A stretch of 64,000 nt of DNA, from the NCBI GenBank assembly GCA_965277715.1, contig OZ255836.1:3936001-4000000 (forward strand), written 5' to 3'. This DNA comes from Gammaproteobacteria bacterium. Its GTDB lineage: Bacteria > Pseudomonadota > Gammaproteobacteria > JBCCGL01. Under the pieces are notes generated by a model that did no database searches, had not been told where the DNA came from, and was given only the letters and a program-made list of their open reading frames with translations. Of this stretch, positions 1 to 10,573 are shown piece after piece; the first letter of the stretch is position 1, and each line of letters opens with the position of its first letter. Position numbers and translations under genes: made by a program.

Positions 1-884
1 TGCCGCACTTTGGCCTGGCCGACCATATGTTGTTGTTGTCCCGAACCGGACTTATCGGCAATCCTGATAATATGAAAACCATTGGCCGTGCGCAGCGGTT
101 CGCTGATGGTGCCAACGTCTTTACCCTCAATCGCCTCTGAATAAATGCTGGGCATATTGGCGAGTAGCATCGTGCCAATATAACCGCCGTCAAGTGCTTC
201 GCTGGCGCTGGAGTGTTGTAACGCCAGCGTAGTAAAATCCTCACCATCGCGCAGTTGCTCAACGAGCGCCTGGGCCTGGCTGCTGGATGTAGCGATCTCT
301 TCTGAACTGGCGCCATCGGGCAGGCCAATCAATATCCGCTGTAATGTGTATTCGACTTGTTGTTGACCGCTTTTTGCCTGCTTGGCCAGGTAGTCGTTGA
401 TTTCCTGTTGGGATACGACAACCCTATCGAGCACCTCCTGGTTGCGCAGGCGGTGTATCACCATTTGGGTGCGCACTTCTTCACGCGCCTGGCGGTAGTC
501 ACGCCCCTCAGCGGTGAGCGATTGGCGAAATTCTGACAGGCTTTGGTTGTTGTCTTCAGCGATGCGTCGCAACGCACGGTTCAACTCCGTTTCGCCGACA
601 CGAATACCGATTGACCGGGCATGTTGCAATTGCACTTGTTGCTCAATCAACAGGGACAATACCTGGCGTTGAAAGCTTTTATCGTCTGGCAATTGTTGCC
701 CACGCTGTATAACGCGCTGTTCGTACGTTGTCACGGCCGATGCCAGGTCGCTATGTAAAATGATATTTTTATTGACAACGGCAACGATACCATCAAGGGA
801 TACTTCATCGGCGATGGCGCTGCCCGTGATAGGGAGACTGACAGCGGCCCAGAGCAGGGTTGCAGGTATAAGATGTGATTTCAT
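1..884 (-). CDS. surA: Periplasmic chaperone/peptidyl-prolyl isomerase SurA (3' end runs off the window)
   Basis: Manual translation from ATG at 884 gives MKSHLIPATLLWAAVSLPITGSAIADEVSLDGIVAVVNKNIILHSDL (signal peptide plus SurA N-terminal IVAVVN motif). Directly downstream of lptD. Not in the ORF track because it is truncated. Confidence 0.9.
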   Translation of the reverse strand, partial: MKSHLIPATLLWAAVSLPITGSAIADEVSLDGIVAVVNKNIILHSDLASAVTTYEQRVIQRGQQLPDDKSFQRQVLSLLIEQQVQLQHARSIGIRVGETELNRALRRIAEDNNQSLSEFRQSLTAEGRDYRQAREEVRTQMVIHRLRNQEVLDRVVVSQQEINDYLAKQAKSGQQQVEYTLQRILIGLPDGASSEEIATSSSQAQALVEQLRDGEDFTTLALQHSSASEALDGGYIGTMLLANMPSIYSEAIEGKDVGTISEPLRTANGFHIIRIADKSGSGQQQHMVGQAKVR

Positions 885-906
885 TTTTGGCAGTGACTGA
901 TAGAGG

Positions 907-3141
907 TTAATAGAGTCGATCAGAGTAGTTGAGAATATCACGTTCCAGGCGCGAACCTACACTATCACCAACGCTACCCAGTCCCTTCATTACCAACTCG
1001 AAATAGAGGGTGGTATCGTTGTCCTCTTCGCCGTCGCCGTCTATGTCATTAATCAGGTGGCGGCGTGCGGCGGTGCGAAACGCCCAGCAGCAACTTTCAT
1101 ACTCAAGGGCCAGCCAGGTTTGAATACTGCGTTTGTCATCCAACGAATAGTTCCAACTGCCGCTGGCACGCCAGCTATCGCTCAGGGCAACGTTGAACGA
1201 CAGGTCGACCTGATCCAGTGCAAGGGCACGAAAGCGGCGCCCCAGTGACAGGCTGTTGCCATTGCTTGTGTAGCGCAGTCGTGTGGTGAGCTGTCTTGTT
1301 GACTGGCGCTCACTCTCTCCCTGCCAAATGGCGCTGGCATACCACGCGTCCCCCAGCGAAGCACCGAGATCAACCACCAGGTTTGAACGTTCGGTGGTCT
1401 CGACACTGTTGCCGCTCAATGCCACGCGGCGATCATCAAAAAAGATGATTTGACCAATCGTGGCGTGTGCCCATTCGCGCCCGCTGTTTTCCTGAAAACG
1501 TGTGGTCAATGCCAGGGTCAATTGATTGGCGTCGTTAACACGATCAGCACCCGAGAAACGGTTTTCCCGAAATAGTTGGGCGAGACTAAAATCGAAGGTG
1601 CCGGAATCAAATACCGGAATATCAGATTGGTCCTCAAAGGGTACGTAGAGATAAAAGAGGCGGGGTTCCAGTGTTTGCACGCCGCCCGGTGTAGTACGGT
1701 CAAATAACAGCCCGGTGTCCAGTGAGAAAACCGGGACATTGCGACTAATAGTATTTGGGTTATTGTCAGTGCCCTCAAGACTGTAGTAAGTGTGCCAGCT
1801 ACTGAGCGAGGGGGTTAAAAACCCATAAGGCGCTTCCAGTGGCAAGCTGATTCGCGGTTGTACGTTGAGCCGCTCCCCGGTGATTGAATCCTGCCGCTCG
1901 AAGTTGACTAACTCCGAGTCCAGCTCTAATGACAAACCGGCAGGCAGTGCCATCGTCGTATCAAATGTGATTTGTGGCAGGCGTTGGTAAGGTCTACTAC
2001 TGGTGGCTATCGTTTCATTAATCGTTTGAAACCGCTGTACCTGGATGCGAAACTGGTGACGGCTGTCCAGGTTGTTGCTTGCGTGACTGAGGTCAACACG
2101 CTGCTCCAGGTGCGTGAGACTACTCAGTTCGAACGATCCGCCAAAGTCGTTAAAATAGTTGGCATCAGATACACGGCTGGCGTCGATACTGCTGCGCCAG
2201 CCGGGGAATGGGGTGCCACTATGGCGTAACTGGGTGAATGTGCGTCGGGTGTTGGTTTGTATATCATTTTCGAGGAATTCATTGTCTAGCTGCCAATGCC
2301 CTATATTGTTCAGGTAGCGCCATTCAGATTGTATTTGCAGGCCACGCCGGGTCATGTTGTGAGGGGTAATTGTGGCGTCTGCCTGGGGGGCAATATTCCA
2401 ATACCAGGGCACACTGATCTCTACACCGCGTATTTCACTTCGGGCAATAACCGGTGGTAGAAGGCCGCTTTTGCGTGCATTGCCGATGGGAAACCTAAAC
2501 CAGGGTACATAAATGAAGGGTACACCTTTAAATGAGATTGAAACGTGTTTGGCGGTGCCCTCTGCTGCATTGGGATCGAGTTCCATTGAGCTGGCCGACA
2601 GTTCCCAGCCCGTTTCACCAGGGGGACAATGGGTGTAGTCGACGTCTTCAAACGCAACGACACCGGCTTCTGTGCGGATGATTTGTGCCGCCTCACCTCT
2701 ACCCTGTTGAGGCTGGTTGGCTAACAGGGTATTTTGATCCAGTCGAAAAGAAAATTCAGCGGGGCCGGTTTGTAGCGCTTTACTGTTTATGTTGACGTCA
2801 ATTGATTCGCTGTGCAGCGTAGTGCCCTGGTCGGTGTAGTGCACGCTGCCGCTGGCGGAAAGGTCGCCCGTGCTGGGGCGGTAGTCGACATGCTGTGCCT
2901 CCAGTTGTTGGGCATCCTGCTGGAGGCTGACATCGCCATTGAGCACCATGGCATCGGGGTCACTGCTGACAACGCTGTTGGCGTTAACGCTTATCTCACC
3001 CGCTGGTGTGGTGGCGACTCTCTGCGGCGGTGTCGGGCACAATCCTGCTGTAGCAGTGGGGGGCGTTGCGTTGGCCGACGCGATAACACTGATACAAATA
3101 AGCGGGAGTAACGTGTAAAAGATGGGAGTGAGTTGTTTCAG
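907..3141 (-). CDS. lptD: LPS assembly outer-membrane protein LptD
   Basis: Motifs YTHCPPG, RKSGLLPP, PWYWNIAP, RLPQ, TLEPRLFYLYVP, LFRENRFSGADR and YESCCW. The frame stays open upstream of the ORF-track start to CTG at 3141 and adds a signal peptide. Confidence 0.95.
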   Translation of the reverse strand: MKQLTPIFYTLLPLICISVIASANATPPTATAGLCPTPPQRVATTPAGEISVNANSVVSSDPDAMVLNGDVSLQQDAQQLEAQHVDYRPSTGDLSASGSVHYTDQGTTLHSESIDVNINSKALQTGPAEFSFRLDQNTLLANQPQQGRGEAAQIIRTEAGVVAFEDVDYTHCPPGETGWELSASSMELDPNAAEGTAKHVSISFKGVPFIYVPWFRFPIGNARKSGLLPPVIARSEIRGVEISVPWYWNIAPQADATITPHNMTRRGLQIQSEWRYLNNIGHWQLDNEFLENDIQTNTRRTFTQLRHSGTPFPGWRSSIDASRVSDANYFNDFGGSFELSSLTHLEQRVDLSHASNNLDSRHQFRIQVQRFQTINETIATSSRPYQRLPQITFDTTMALPAGLSLELDSELVNFERQDSITGERLNVQPRISLPLEAPYGFLTPSLSSWHTYYSLEGTDNNPNTISRNVPVFSLDTGLLFDRTTPGGVQTLEPRLFYLYVPFEDQSDIPVFDSGTFDFSLAQLFRENRFSGADRVNDANQLTLALTTRFQENSGREWAHATIGQIIFFDDRRVALSGNSVETTERSNLVVDLGASLGDAWYASAIWQGESERQSTRQLTTRLRYTSNGNSLSLGRRFRALALDQVDLSFNVALSDSWRASGSWNYSLDDKRSIQTWLALEYESCCWAFRTAARRHLINDIDGDGEEDNDTTLYFELVMKGLGSVGDSVGSRLERDILNYSDRLY

Positions 3142-3232
3142 TGCATTTCACCGATGGTTATTTGTGTGAAGCATAACTGCCTTTTCAGATAAACTGAATC
3201 TTTCGGCAGTGGATAAATATGTGGGTTTTGAA

Positions 3233-3937
3233 ATGAGCACTGAAAATGACCGTTTGACTATGGAGGCATCCTGGAAGGCGCGCCTGCAAAGTGAGTTTCA
3301 ATTGCCCTATATGCAGGCGCTGCGCGATTTCCTGTTGGAGCGCAAGCGTGCCGGGGCCGTGATTTACCCACCGGGAAGCCATTATTTCCAGGCGATGACA
3401 CTCACCCCGTTTGATAAAGTCAAAGTCGTTATTCTCGGTCAGGATCCCTACCACGGGCCGGGCCAGGCGCACGGTTTGTGTTTCTCTGTATTGCCAGGTG
3501 TTGCGGTGCCGCCGTCGCTGGTGAATATTTATAAAGAAATTGCCAGTGACCTTGGTATCGAACCGGCTAAGCACGGCTTTCTGGAATCCTGGGCACAGCA
3601 GGGTGTGTTTCTGTTAAACAGTGTATTGACCGTTGAGCGGGGTAACGCGGGAGCGCATCAGGGTAAAGGCTGGGAGCGTTTGACGGATAGAATTGTGTCT
3701 TTATTGAGTGATGAGCGCGACGGTCTGGTATTTTTGCTATGGGGAAGCTACGCGCAACGCAAGGGGCAGATGATCGATCGCGATAAGCATCTTGTATTGA
3801 CAGCACCCCATCCGTCTCCGCTTTCTGCACACCGTGGTTTTTTTGGGTGTCGTCATTTTTCCCGTGCCAATGAATGGTTTCAGTCGCGTGGTGAGTCGGT
3901 TGTTGAGTGGGCGTTGCCTGGTGTTGAGACCTTGTAG
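3233..3937 (+). CDS. ung: Uracil-DNA glycosylase (family 1)
   Basis: GQDPYH and HPSPLS catalytic motifs; [11 protein letters not shown]. Confidence 0.97.
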   Translation: MSTENDRLTMEASWKARLQSEFQLPYMQALRDFLLERKRAGAVIYPPGSHYFQAMTLTPFDKVKVVILGQDPYHGPGQAHGLCFSVLPGVAVPPSLVNIYKEIASDLGIEPAKHGFLESWAQQGVFLLNSVLTVERGNAGAHQGKGWERLTDRIVSLLSDERDGLVFLLWGSYAQRKGQMIDRDKHLVLTAPHPSPLSAHRGFFGCRHFSRANEWFQSRGESVVEWALPGVETL

Positions 3938-4008
3938 AAATACATGTAGCGAGCCTCTCTTCTATGTAAAGCGTTGTTGAAAATGACACTTGATCCTTTG
4001 TTTGCTTT

Positions 4009-4057
4009 GTTAAACCTAAATTCCGCAGTAGATTCAACTGCGGAATTTAGGTTTAAC
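4009..4057. repeat. Palindromic REP/MITE-like element, family A, copy 1
   Basis: Perfect 21-bp inverted repeat GTTAAACCTAAATTCCGCAGT-agattca-ACTGCGGAATTTAGGTTTAAC. Related copies at 26430, 53129 and 59028. Confidence 0.9.
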
Positions 4058-4249
4058 GCACGCTTGGCGCGCACCCGGCAGGTTATGCGCAAGCGCGGTA
4101 TACCGGCACTACTGGTACTCGATTTGGTGAATATTCTCTTAGCTGATAACGGATGATTCAACATAGGCCGAGTTTTTCGAGGGTAAATAAAAAAGCCAGG
4201 CCCGGCTGTTCTGGATGCAGTGGAACGCCTTGGTTTTTACCCGGTTTTA

Positions 4250-4606
4250 TTATGCCTGGCGCGCATAACGCGGGTAGTAAACACAACCAAAAAACAGCAG
4301 CAGGCTGAATACAATTTGTAAAACCCCTAATGTGCGGTCGATCTGACTGGTATAAACAATATCAATGCCCAGGGCGAAGTAAGCCAGTGATAAAAAACTG
4401 GTCCAGGCGTGGGTGTATACACGGGCATGGAGTAGGCCACGCATCGGGAATAACAGTGGCACCAGCAGTACGATGAGTAGCAGGGCGCGTGGCACGGCAG
4501 TTGGGGGTGATAACCAGGTGTGCCAGTTAAGTAGCAGGGCCATTAACCCAAAGTAGCCTGTCAATGTTACCCAACGCGCCAGTAATTTTTTATTCGCGGG
4601 TTTGAT
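4250..4606 (-). CDS. DUF2069-family membrane protein
   Basis: PLLFPMRGLL...YTHAWTSFLSL pattern and usual position after wrbA. Start uncertain: TTG 4564, or ATC 4606 after a GAGGT SD. Confidence 0.75.
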   Translation of the reverse strand: MKPANKKLLARWVTLTGYFGLMALLLNWHTWLSPPTAVPRALLLIVLLVPLLFPMRGLLHARVYTHAWTSFLSLAYFALGIDIVYTSQIDRTLGVLQIVFSLLLFFGCVYYPRYARQA

Positions 4607-4615
4607 GGCGATACC

Positions 4616-5583
<968 letters not shown>

Positions 5584-5855
5584 TAGGTCGGTTTACTATC
5601 AACTATAGTGTGGGGTATATGTGGGGATTTTACACACTTGGCTGTGGCGTTGAGGCAGCAATTTGTCGTTACAGGTTAATTTTTTATTGGAATACAGTAA
5701 AAGGTTGACGATAAAGCTGTTACCATAATCGAAGAGACAGGAAACTTGACGTTGTGCAAGCCAAATGTTAGCTTTTACACAGTTTGCGCGAGTGGCGCGA
5801 CAGTGACTCACTTTAAAATATCATAAGTAAAAATACTACTCTCCGGAGACTTTAT

Positions 5856-6479
5856 ATGAAAACCCGCGCCCTTTTGAAACACATCGGACTGGTAACCGTT
5901 GCACTGACTGTAGCGATGGCCTGTGCGAGCACCCCCGACCCCGAGCCGGAACCTGCACCTGTGCCCACCTCTAACAATGGTATTAGTAGTGAAGCAGAGG
6001 ATGCTATTGCGCGTGCCAAGGCGGCACGTTACAGAGTCAATGGCTTAGGCTGTGAATGGAACGATACCGGTTCGTTGATTGACGAAGCCGAAGCCCAAGG
6101 TAAAGCAGGCCGCAATGTTATCGCCATTTCTATGGCGAACCAGGCTGAGGCAAGGGCGGTCAGTGCTTTGGAAGAGTGCCAGAAGCCTGCTGAGGCTGTA
6201 TCCAGTTCAATTAACTACACTGTATCCAGTGGCGATACCCTCTGGGGTATTTCGGCAATGAGTGATGTGTATGCCAACCCTTACCAATGGCCTCTGATCT
6301 ATCGCAATAACAGCGATAAAATCAAGGACGCTGATTTGATCTATCCCGGTCAGGTGTTTGACATTGATCTCAGCCCCAATAGTGCGCAGGTCGATGCGGC
6401 TATCGCACACGCCAAAAACCGGGGTGCCTGGTCTGTCGGTGCCGTGGAAGATGCCGATCAGGTATATCTGGGGCAGTAA
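5856..6479 (+). CDS. LysM-domain lipoprotein
   Basis: Lipobox AMAC, Pro-rich linker, LysM YTVSSGDTLWGIS...DLIYPGQ. Confidence 0.85.
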   Translation: MKTRALLKHIGLVTVALTVAMACASTPDPEPEPAPVPTSNNGISSEAEDAIARAKAARYRVNGLGCEWNDTGSLIDEAEAQGKAGRNVIAISMANQAEARAVSALEECQKPAEAVSSSINYTVSSGDTLWGISAMSDVYANPYQWPLIYRNNSDKIKDADLIYPGQVFDIDLSPNSAQVDAAIAHAKNRGAWSVGAVEDADQVYLGQ

Positions 6480-6503
6480 CTTTACATTTCCTGATAGACC
6501 CCT

Positions 6504-6538
6504 GCGAAAGGACCCTTATTGGGTCCTTTCGCTTTTTT
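6504..6538 (+). terminator. Rho-independent terminator after the LysM gene
   Basis: 12-bp stem GCGAAAGGACCC/GGGTCCTTTCGC followed by TTTTTT. Confidence 0.85.
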
Positions 6539-6665
6539 GTGTTTGTCGATATGAAGGTTTTCAGGGCAGTAATCGACCAGCGCGAAAAAGGGCCACAATC
6601 GATCCGCCACGGTGATTGAGAAAGCTCCCTAAACCCAATCCCATCCGTTAATTGAGGCTTTTAGA

Positions 6666-8459
6666 ATGGTCGCTACGGCTTGCCCATTTCCCAAGGTGGG
6701 AAAGCTAACACTTGAACGCGTGTTGGCTGCATTGGTGCAAGAGGGATATATCAGCGAGGAAAACCAGCGTTTGCTGCCGGTGATTGGCAATAGCGGGAAG
6801 CATCGCAAGCTGCACGCTTTTGAGATTGTTGCAGAGCGTAACTGGGATAATGAACAGAAACCCGGCAGCAAGCTGGATACTAAGACACTTATCGAATGGC
6901 TGTCTGAAAAATCGGCGTTACCGGTATTTACCATCGACCCTCTCAAGGTCGATGTACAGGCGTTAACCTCGGTGATGTCGTATGCTTATGCAGCACGGTT
7001 TAATATTATCGCCGTTGAAGTGAGCCATACGCGTGTTACCTTCGCTACAGCGGAACCCTGGGAGCGTGAATGGGAACGTGAACTGAGCAATGTCCTTAAC
7101 AAGGATATTGCCCGTGTGCTTGTCAGTCCAGAGAATATTCGTCGCTATCTGCTTGAGTTTTATGCTTTATCCCGTTCGGTGCTGGGTGCCGAGCAGGATC
7201 AAAACGACGGTGGTGCCACGTCGATTCAAAACCTCGAACAACTTATGGATCTGGGGCGTGCCGGTAAGCTGGATGCCAACGATCAGCATGTCGTCAATAT
7301 CGTTGATTGGTTATTGCAATACGCCTTCCAGCAGCGTGCCAGTGATATTCATCTGGAGCCACGGCGCGATCAGGGTCAGGTGCGGTTTCGCATCGATGGG
7401 GTACTCCACCCGGTCTACGATATGCCTGGGCCGGTCATGGCTGCCGTCACCAGCCGCATCAAGATTCTGGGGCGTATGGATGTGGCGGAGAAACGTAAAC
7501 CCCAGGATGGGCGCATGAAAACGCGTGGTACTGACAGCCTGGAAATCGAGTTGCGCTTGTCGAGTATGCCCACCGCGTTTGGCGAAAAGCTGGTGATGCG
7601 TATCTTCGACCCGGAAGTGGTGCAAAAGAATTCGGCTGCATTGGGCTTCACCCAGCGCGAGAGTATGCTCTGGGAAGGCATGGTCGAGCGTCCACACGGT
7701 ATTATTTTAGTCACGGGGCCGACCGGCTCGGGCAAGACCACTACACTGTATTCAACCTTGAAACAGCTCGCCCGCCCCGAGGTGAATGTGTGCACGATAG
7801 AAGACCCGATTGAGCAGGTCGATGCCACGCTGAACCAAATGCAGGTGCAGCAAAACATCGGGCTGGATTTTGCCAGTGGTGTGCGCACACTGTTACGTCA
7901 GGATCCAGATATTATTATGATTGGTGAGATTCGCGATCTGGAAACCGCCGAGGTGGCGATTCAGGCAGCACTCACCGGGCATCTGGTGTTGAGTACCTTG
8001 CACACCAATGATGCGCCTTCGGCCATTATGCGGTTGTTAGAATTGGGTGTGCCACACTACCTGATTAATTCGACAGTGATCGGTGTGCTGGCACAGCGAC
8101 TGGTGCGCACGCTATGCCCACATTGTCGCAGTGTGGACAACGTTGACGAGCAGGAATGGAAGGACTTTGTGGCGCCCTGGAAGTCGGCACCGCCACAAAA
8201 TATTAATAAGCCACAGGGCTGTCTCGAATGCCGTGACACCGGTTTTTTGGGGCGCACAGGCGTTTACGAAATCTTTACCCTCAGCCCGGAGATTAAAAAA
8301 ATCCTGTCACCACAATGCAGTATTGATGATATCCGTGCACAAGCTTTCAAGCAGGGCATGATGCCACTGCGCATCAGTGGTGCGCAAAAAGTGGCCAAGG
8401 GGGTCACGACCATTGAGGAAATTCTTAAAGTTGCCCCAGCACCATTACCCGGACACTGA
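6666..8459 (+). CDS. GspE/PilB-family secretion ATPase (stand-alone)
   Basis: ASDIHLEP, Walker A GPTGSGKTTT, LRQDPDIIMIGEIRD, TLHTND and CPHC/CLEC zinc motif. Confidence 0.92.
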   Translation: MVATACPFPKVGKLTLERVLAALVQEGYISEENQRLLPVIGNSGKHRKLHAFEIVAERNWDNEQKPGSKLDTKTLIEWLSEKSALPVFTIDPLKVDVQALTSVMSYAYAARFNIIAVEVSHTRVTFATAEPWEREWERELSNVLNKDIARVLVSPENIRRYLLEFYALSRSVLGAEQDQNDGGATSIQNLEQLMDLGRAGKLDANDQHVVNIVDWLLQYAFQQRASDIHLEPRRDQGQVRFRIDGVLHPVYDMPGPVMAAVTSRIKILGRMDVAEKRKPQDGRMKTRGTDSLEIELRLSSMPTAFGEKLVMRIFDPEVVQKNSAALGFTQRESMLWEGMVERPHGIILVTGPTGSGKTTTLYSTLKQLARPEVNVCTIEDPIEQVDATLNQMQVQQNIGLDFASGVRTLLRQDPDIIMIGEIRDLETAEVAIQAALTGHLVLSTLHTNDAPSAIMRLLELGVPHYLINSTVIGVLAQRLVRTLCPHCRSVDNVDEQEWKDFVAPWKSAPPQNINKPQGCLECRDTGFLGRTGVYEIFTLSPEIKKILSPQCSIDDIRAQAFKQGMMPLRISGAQKVAKGVTTIEEILKVAPAPLPGH

Positions 8460-8460
8460 T

Positions 8461-8499
8461 GGCTAACTGAACCCGTCAATACAAGGTAGACGGTGTACT
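8461..8499. repeat. Solo end of inverted-repeat element family B
   Basis: 8467-8499 matches the reverse complement of 56219-56251 at 30/33 positions by manual alignment. Confidence 0.75.
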
Positions 8500-8503
8500 G
8501 GAT

Positions 8504-9364
8504 TTAAATCGACAATGGCAAATGATGGGCCTGTTTTGCTGTTGCCTCCATCGCCATAATTGACTGGTAGTCATTGAGCGTTACCTGCCTGAAGCTGCTT
8601 ATATGCAGACGCTTGCGGTGGTGGTTGTCGAGTGTCGACAATGCCTCGTTAAATAAAGCGGTTATTTTAGTGGGGTCGATAAGCGGGTATTTATCCATAG
8701 GTAGCGCAAACGGTAATCCGGTGGTTTTCCCGGTAAATCCAATAACCCGCACGGCGTCCAGTAAAGCGGGAAAGGCATCCTCGATCAATGCCAGCGTGGC
8801 ACAGTCTATAGCGGCGACACCGGCACGCCCCTGGCCGACTGCACGTAGGCTATCGATATGCGCCCCGGAAATAAATGTGCTGGAAAAATAGTGTGTTTTT
8901 CCCTGCATCAACGGGCGCACTGCTGCGCGCAGCAGATTCATGCCGCTATTGGAGTCAGGGCCATTGATAATCACTGTCTTTCCGGCGCAGTCAGCAAGGG
9001 ATTGATCGTCACTGTCTGCAGGCACGATGATGGCGCTGCTGTAGCGTGACCCACTACAGCCCTGAACATCGAACACCGGTACACATAGAGGCTGTAGTGC
9101 ATCTGCATAAAGTGTGACTAAGGGATAGCCACAGGTCTGCCCAATCAACAGCTCGGGGGCGTTCAGAGTGGCTTTATCTGTGCCAAATTGCAGCGTGCTA
9201 TCCAGCAGAACATCACCGGGTAAATGTGTTTCCAGGCCTGCCAGCATGGCGCGGTAGAGTGCGGTCCACGCTGCGCGCAAATCATCGGTAAACGCATACA
9301 TGCCCCAACTACAAAAATACCTACAGGCTTTGGCCTGAGTGCCAGTTGGAGGCGTCTCATTCAT
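8504..9364 (-). CDS. PhnD/SsuA-like substrate-binding-fold protein (no obvious signal peptide)
   Basis: QTCGYPL, YSSAIIV, DSNSG and SGAH...AAIDC motifs of the phosphate/phosphonate-binding family. Confidence 0.7.
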   Translation of the reverse strand: MNETPPTGTQAKACRYFCSWGMYAFTDDLRAAWTALYRAMLAGLETHLPGDVLLDSTLQFGTDKATLNAPELLIGQTCGYPLVTLYADALQPLCVPVFDVQGCSGSRYSSAIIVPADSDDQSLADCAGKTVIINGPDSNSGMNLLRAAVRPLMQGKTHYFSSTFISGAHIDSLRAVGQGRAGVAAIDCATLALIEDAFPALLDAVRVIGFTGKTTGLPFALPMDKYPLIDPTKITALFNEALSTLDNHHRKRLHISSFRQVTLNDYQSIMAMEATAKQAHHLPLSI

Positions 9365-10268
9365 TGGCAAATGGGTGTATTGGTGAATCTATCGGTTTTA
9401 GCAGGTGTGCCAACAGCCAGTGGTGGTATCCACTGTAATAGTAGTGGTTATTTTTTTGCAGGGTACTGTCGCGGTTTTCGCGGTACAGTGCACCGAGCCG
9501 ATACCAGGGCGCGGTGGGGTGTTCGTGGTGGGTTACGTGGTAATTGTTGTTTAGAAACAGCAGACGAAAAAACCACCCGCATTCCACAATTACCGTGCGT
9601 TGCATTGTGCAGGCGGCTGCACGGTGCTCAAAAAACGAGCGCAACATGCTGAGGGCGTTAGCCAGGTAGGCAATGATTAAATAGTGCCACAGCGGAATCT
9701 GAAAATACACGTGAAGCCCGTACAGCAGACCCGTAATCAGTAGTAGGTGTAATGCCCATACACCAATAGCGGTCATTGACCCGGCGGTAATATCGCGCAA
9801 CAGTTTGCCAAAGAGTGCAACGGCTGAATGTGCCGGACCCAATAGTAATCGACCCAGTAGTGTCATCCTAATGGTGTGATAGTGACGCTGTAGTGCGTTA
9901 CTGTTTTTCCAGGTTGCCTGTGACACATAGTAGCTCTCCGGATCAATGCCGGGTGCGGTTAAGTTGTCTGTGGTGTGGTGCGCCATATGGGTTTGGCGGT
10001 ACACCGGGTAGGGGAATAGCAGGGTAATCGGCAGGTAGGCCAATAGGCTGTTAAACCAGGCAACGCGGGTCGGGTGGCCATGTAGCAGTTCATGTTGTAC
10101 TGAACCATGCAGAGCGCCAATCACCACCAGCAGTGCACCTGCGGGTAGTGGCCCGATTGTATGATAATACTGTAGGCAGGCCGCCCAGCAGGTATATACC
10201 GCAATAATCAACATCCAGGTAGGCCATTCAAATATCCCCTTGTTATCAAATAATGCGTTTATCCTCAT
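9357..10268 (-). CDS. Membrane fatty-acid-desaturase-family diiron enzyme
   Basis: His boxes HELLH, HMAHH and HVTHH; several hydrophobic segments. Confidence 0.85.
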   Translation of the reverse strand: MRINALFDNKGIFEWPTWMLIIAVYTCWAACLQYYHTIGPLPAGALLVVIGALHGSVQHELLHGHPTRVAWFNSLLAYLPITLLFPYPVYRQTHMAHHTTDNLTAPGIDPESYYVSQATWKNSNALQRHYHTIRMTLLGRLLLGPAHSAVALFGKLLRDITAGSMTAIGVWALHLLLITGLLYGLHVYFQIPLWHYLIIAYLANALSMLRSFFEHRAAACTMQRTVIVECGWFFRLLFLNNNYHVTHHEHPTAPWYRLGALYRENRDSTLQKNNHYYYSGYHHWLLAHLLKPIDSPIHPFANE

Positions 10269-10573
10269 ACAGTACTATTGCTAATAGGTAGTCAATTTGC
10301 GTTTAAGCTTAGAAATTGCTGATTGGTGAGGCAATGTGGGAATGCACGCATTGTGCCGGATTTTATCGACAGAATAATAAGATGATTTATTTTGTAAACA
10401 TATGTGCTAATAATAAACAACGATGATTTTAGTGGACGATTTTTTGTGGGTGTCTTATGATTCTGAAAATTTAGCTGTGTTTCCCAGGTGTCACTTAATA
10501 GCTTGAATTTAAAATATTTTTCAGGTTTTTACGGAAATTATTCGCTATAACCCACTCATTAGAGGTGCCTCAG

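Noticed and set aside
6666-8459. Conjugation or phage secretion system around the ATPase
   Set aside because: No pilin, secretin or platform genes adjacent; stand-alone GspE-like ATPases are common in Proteobacteria.
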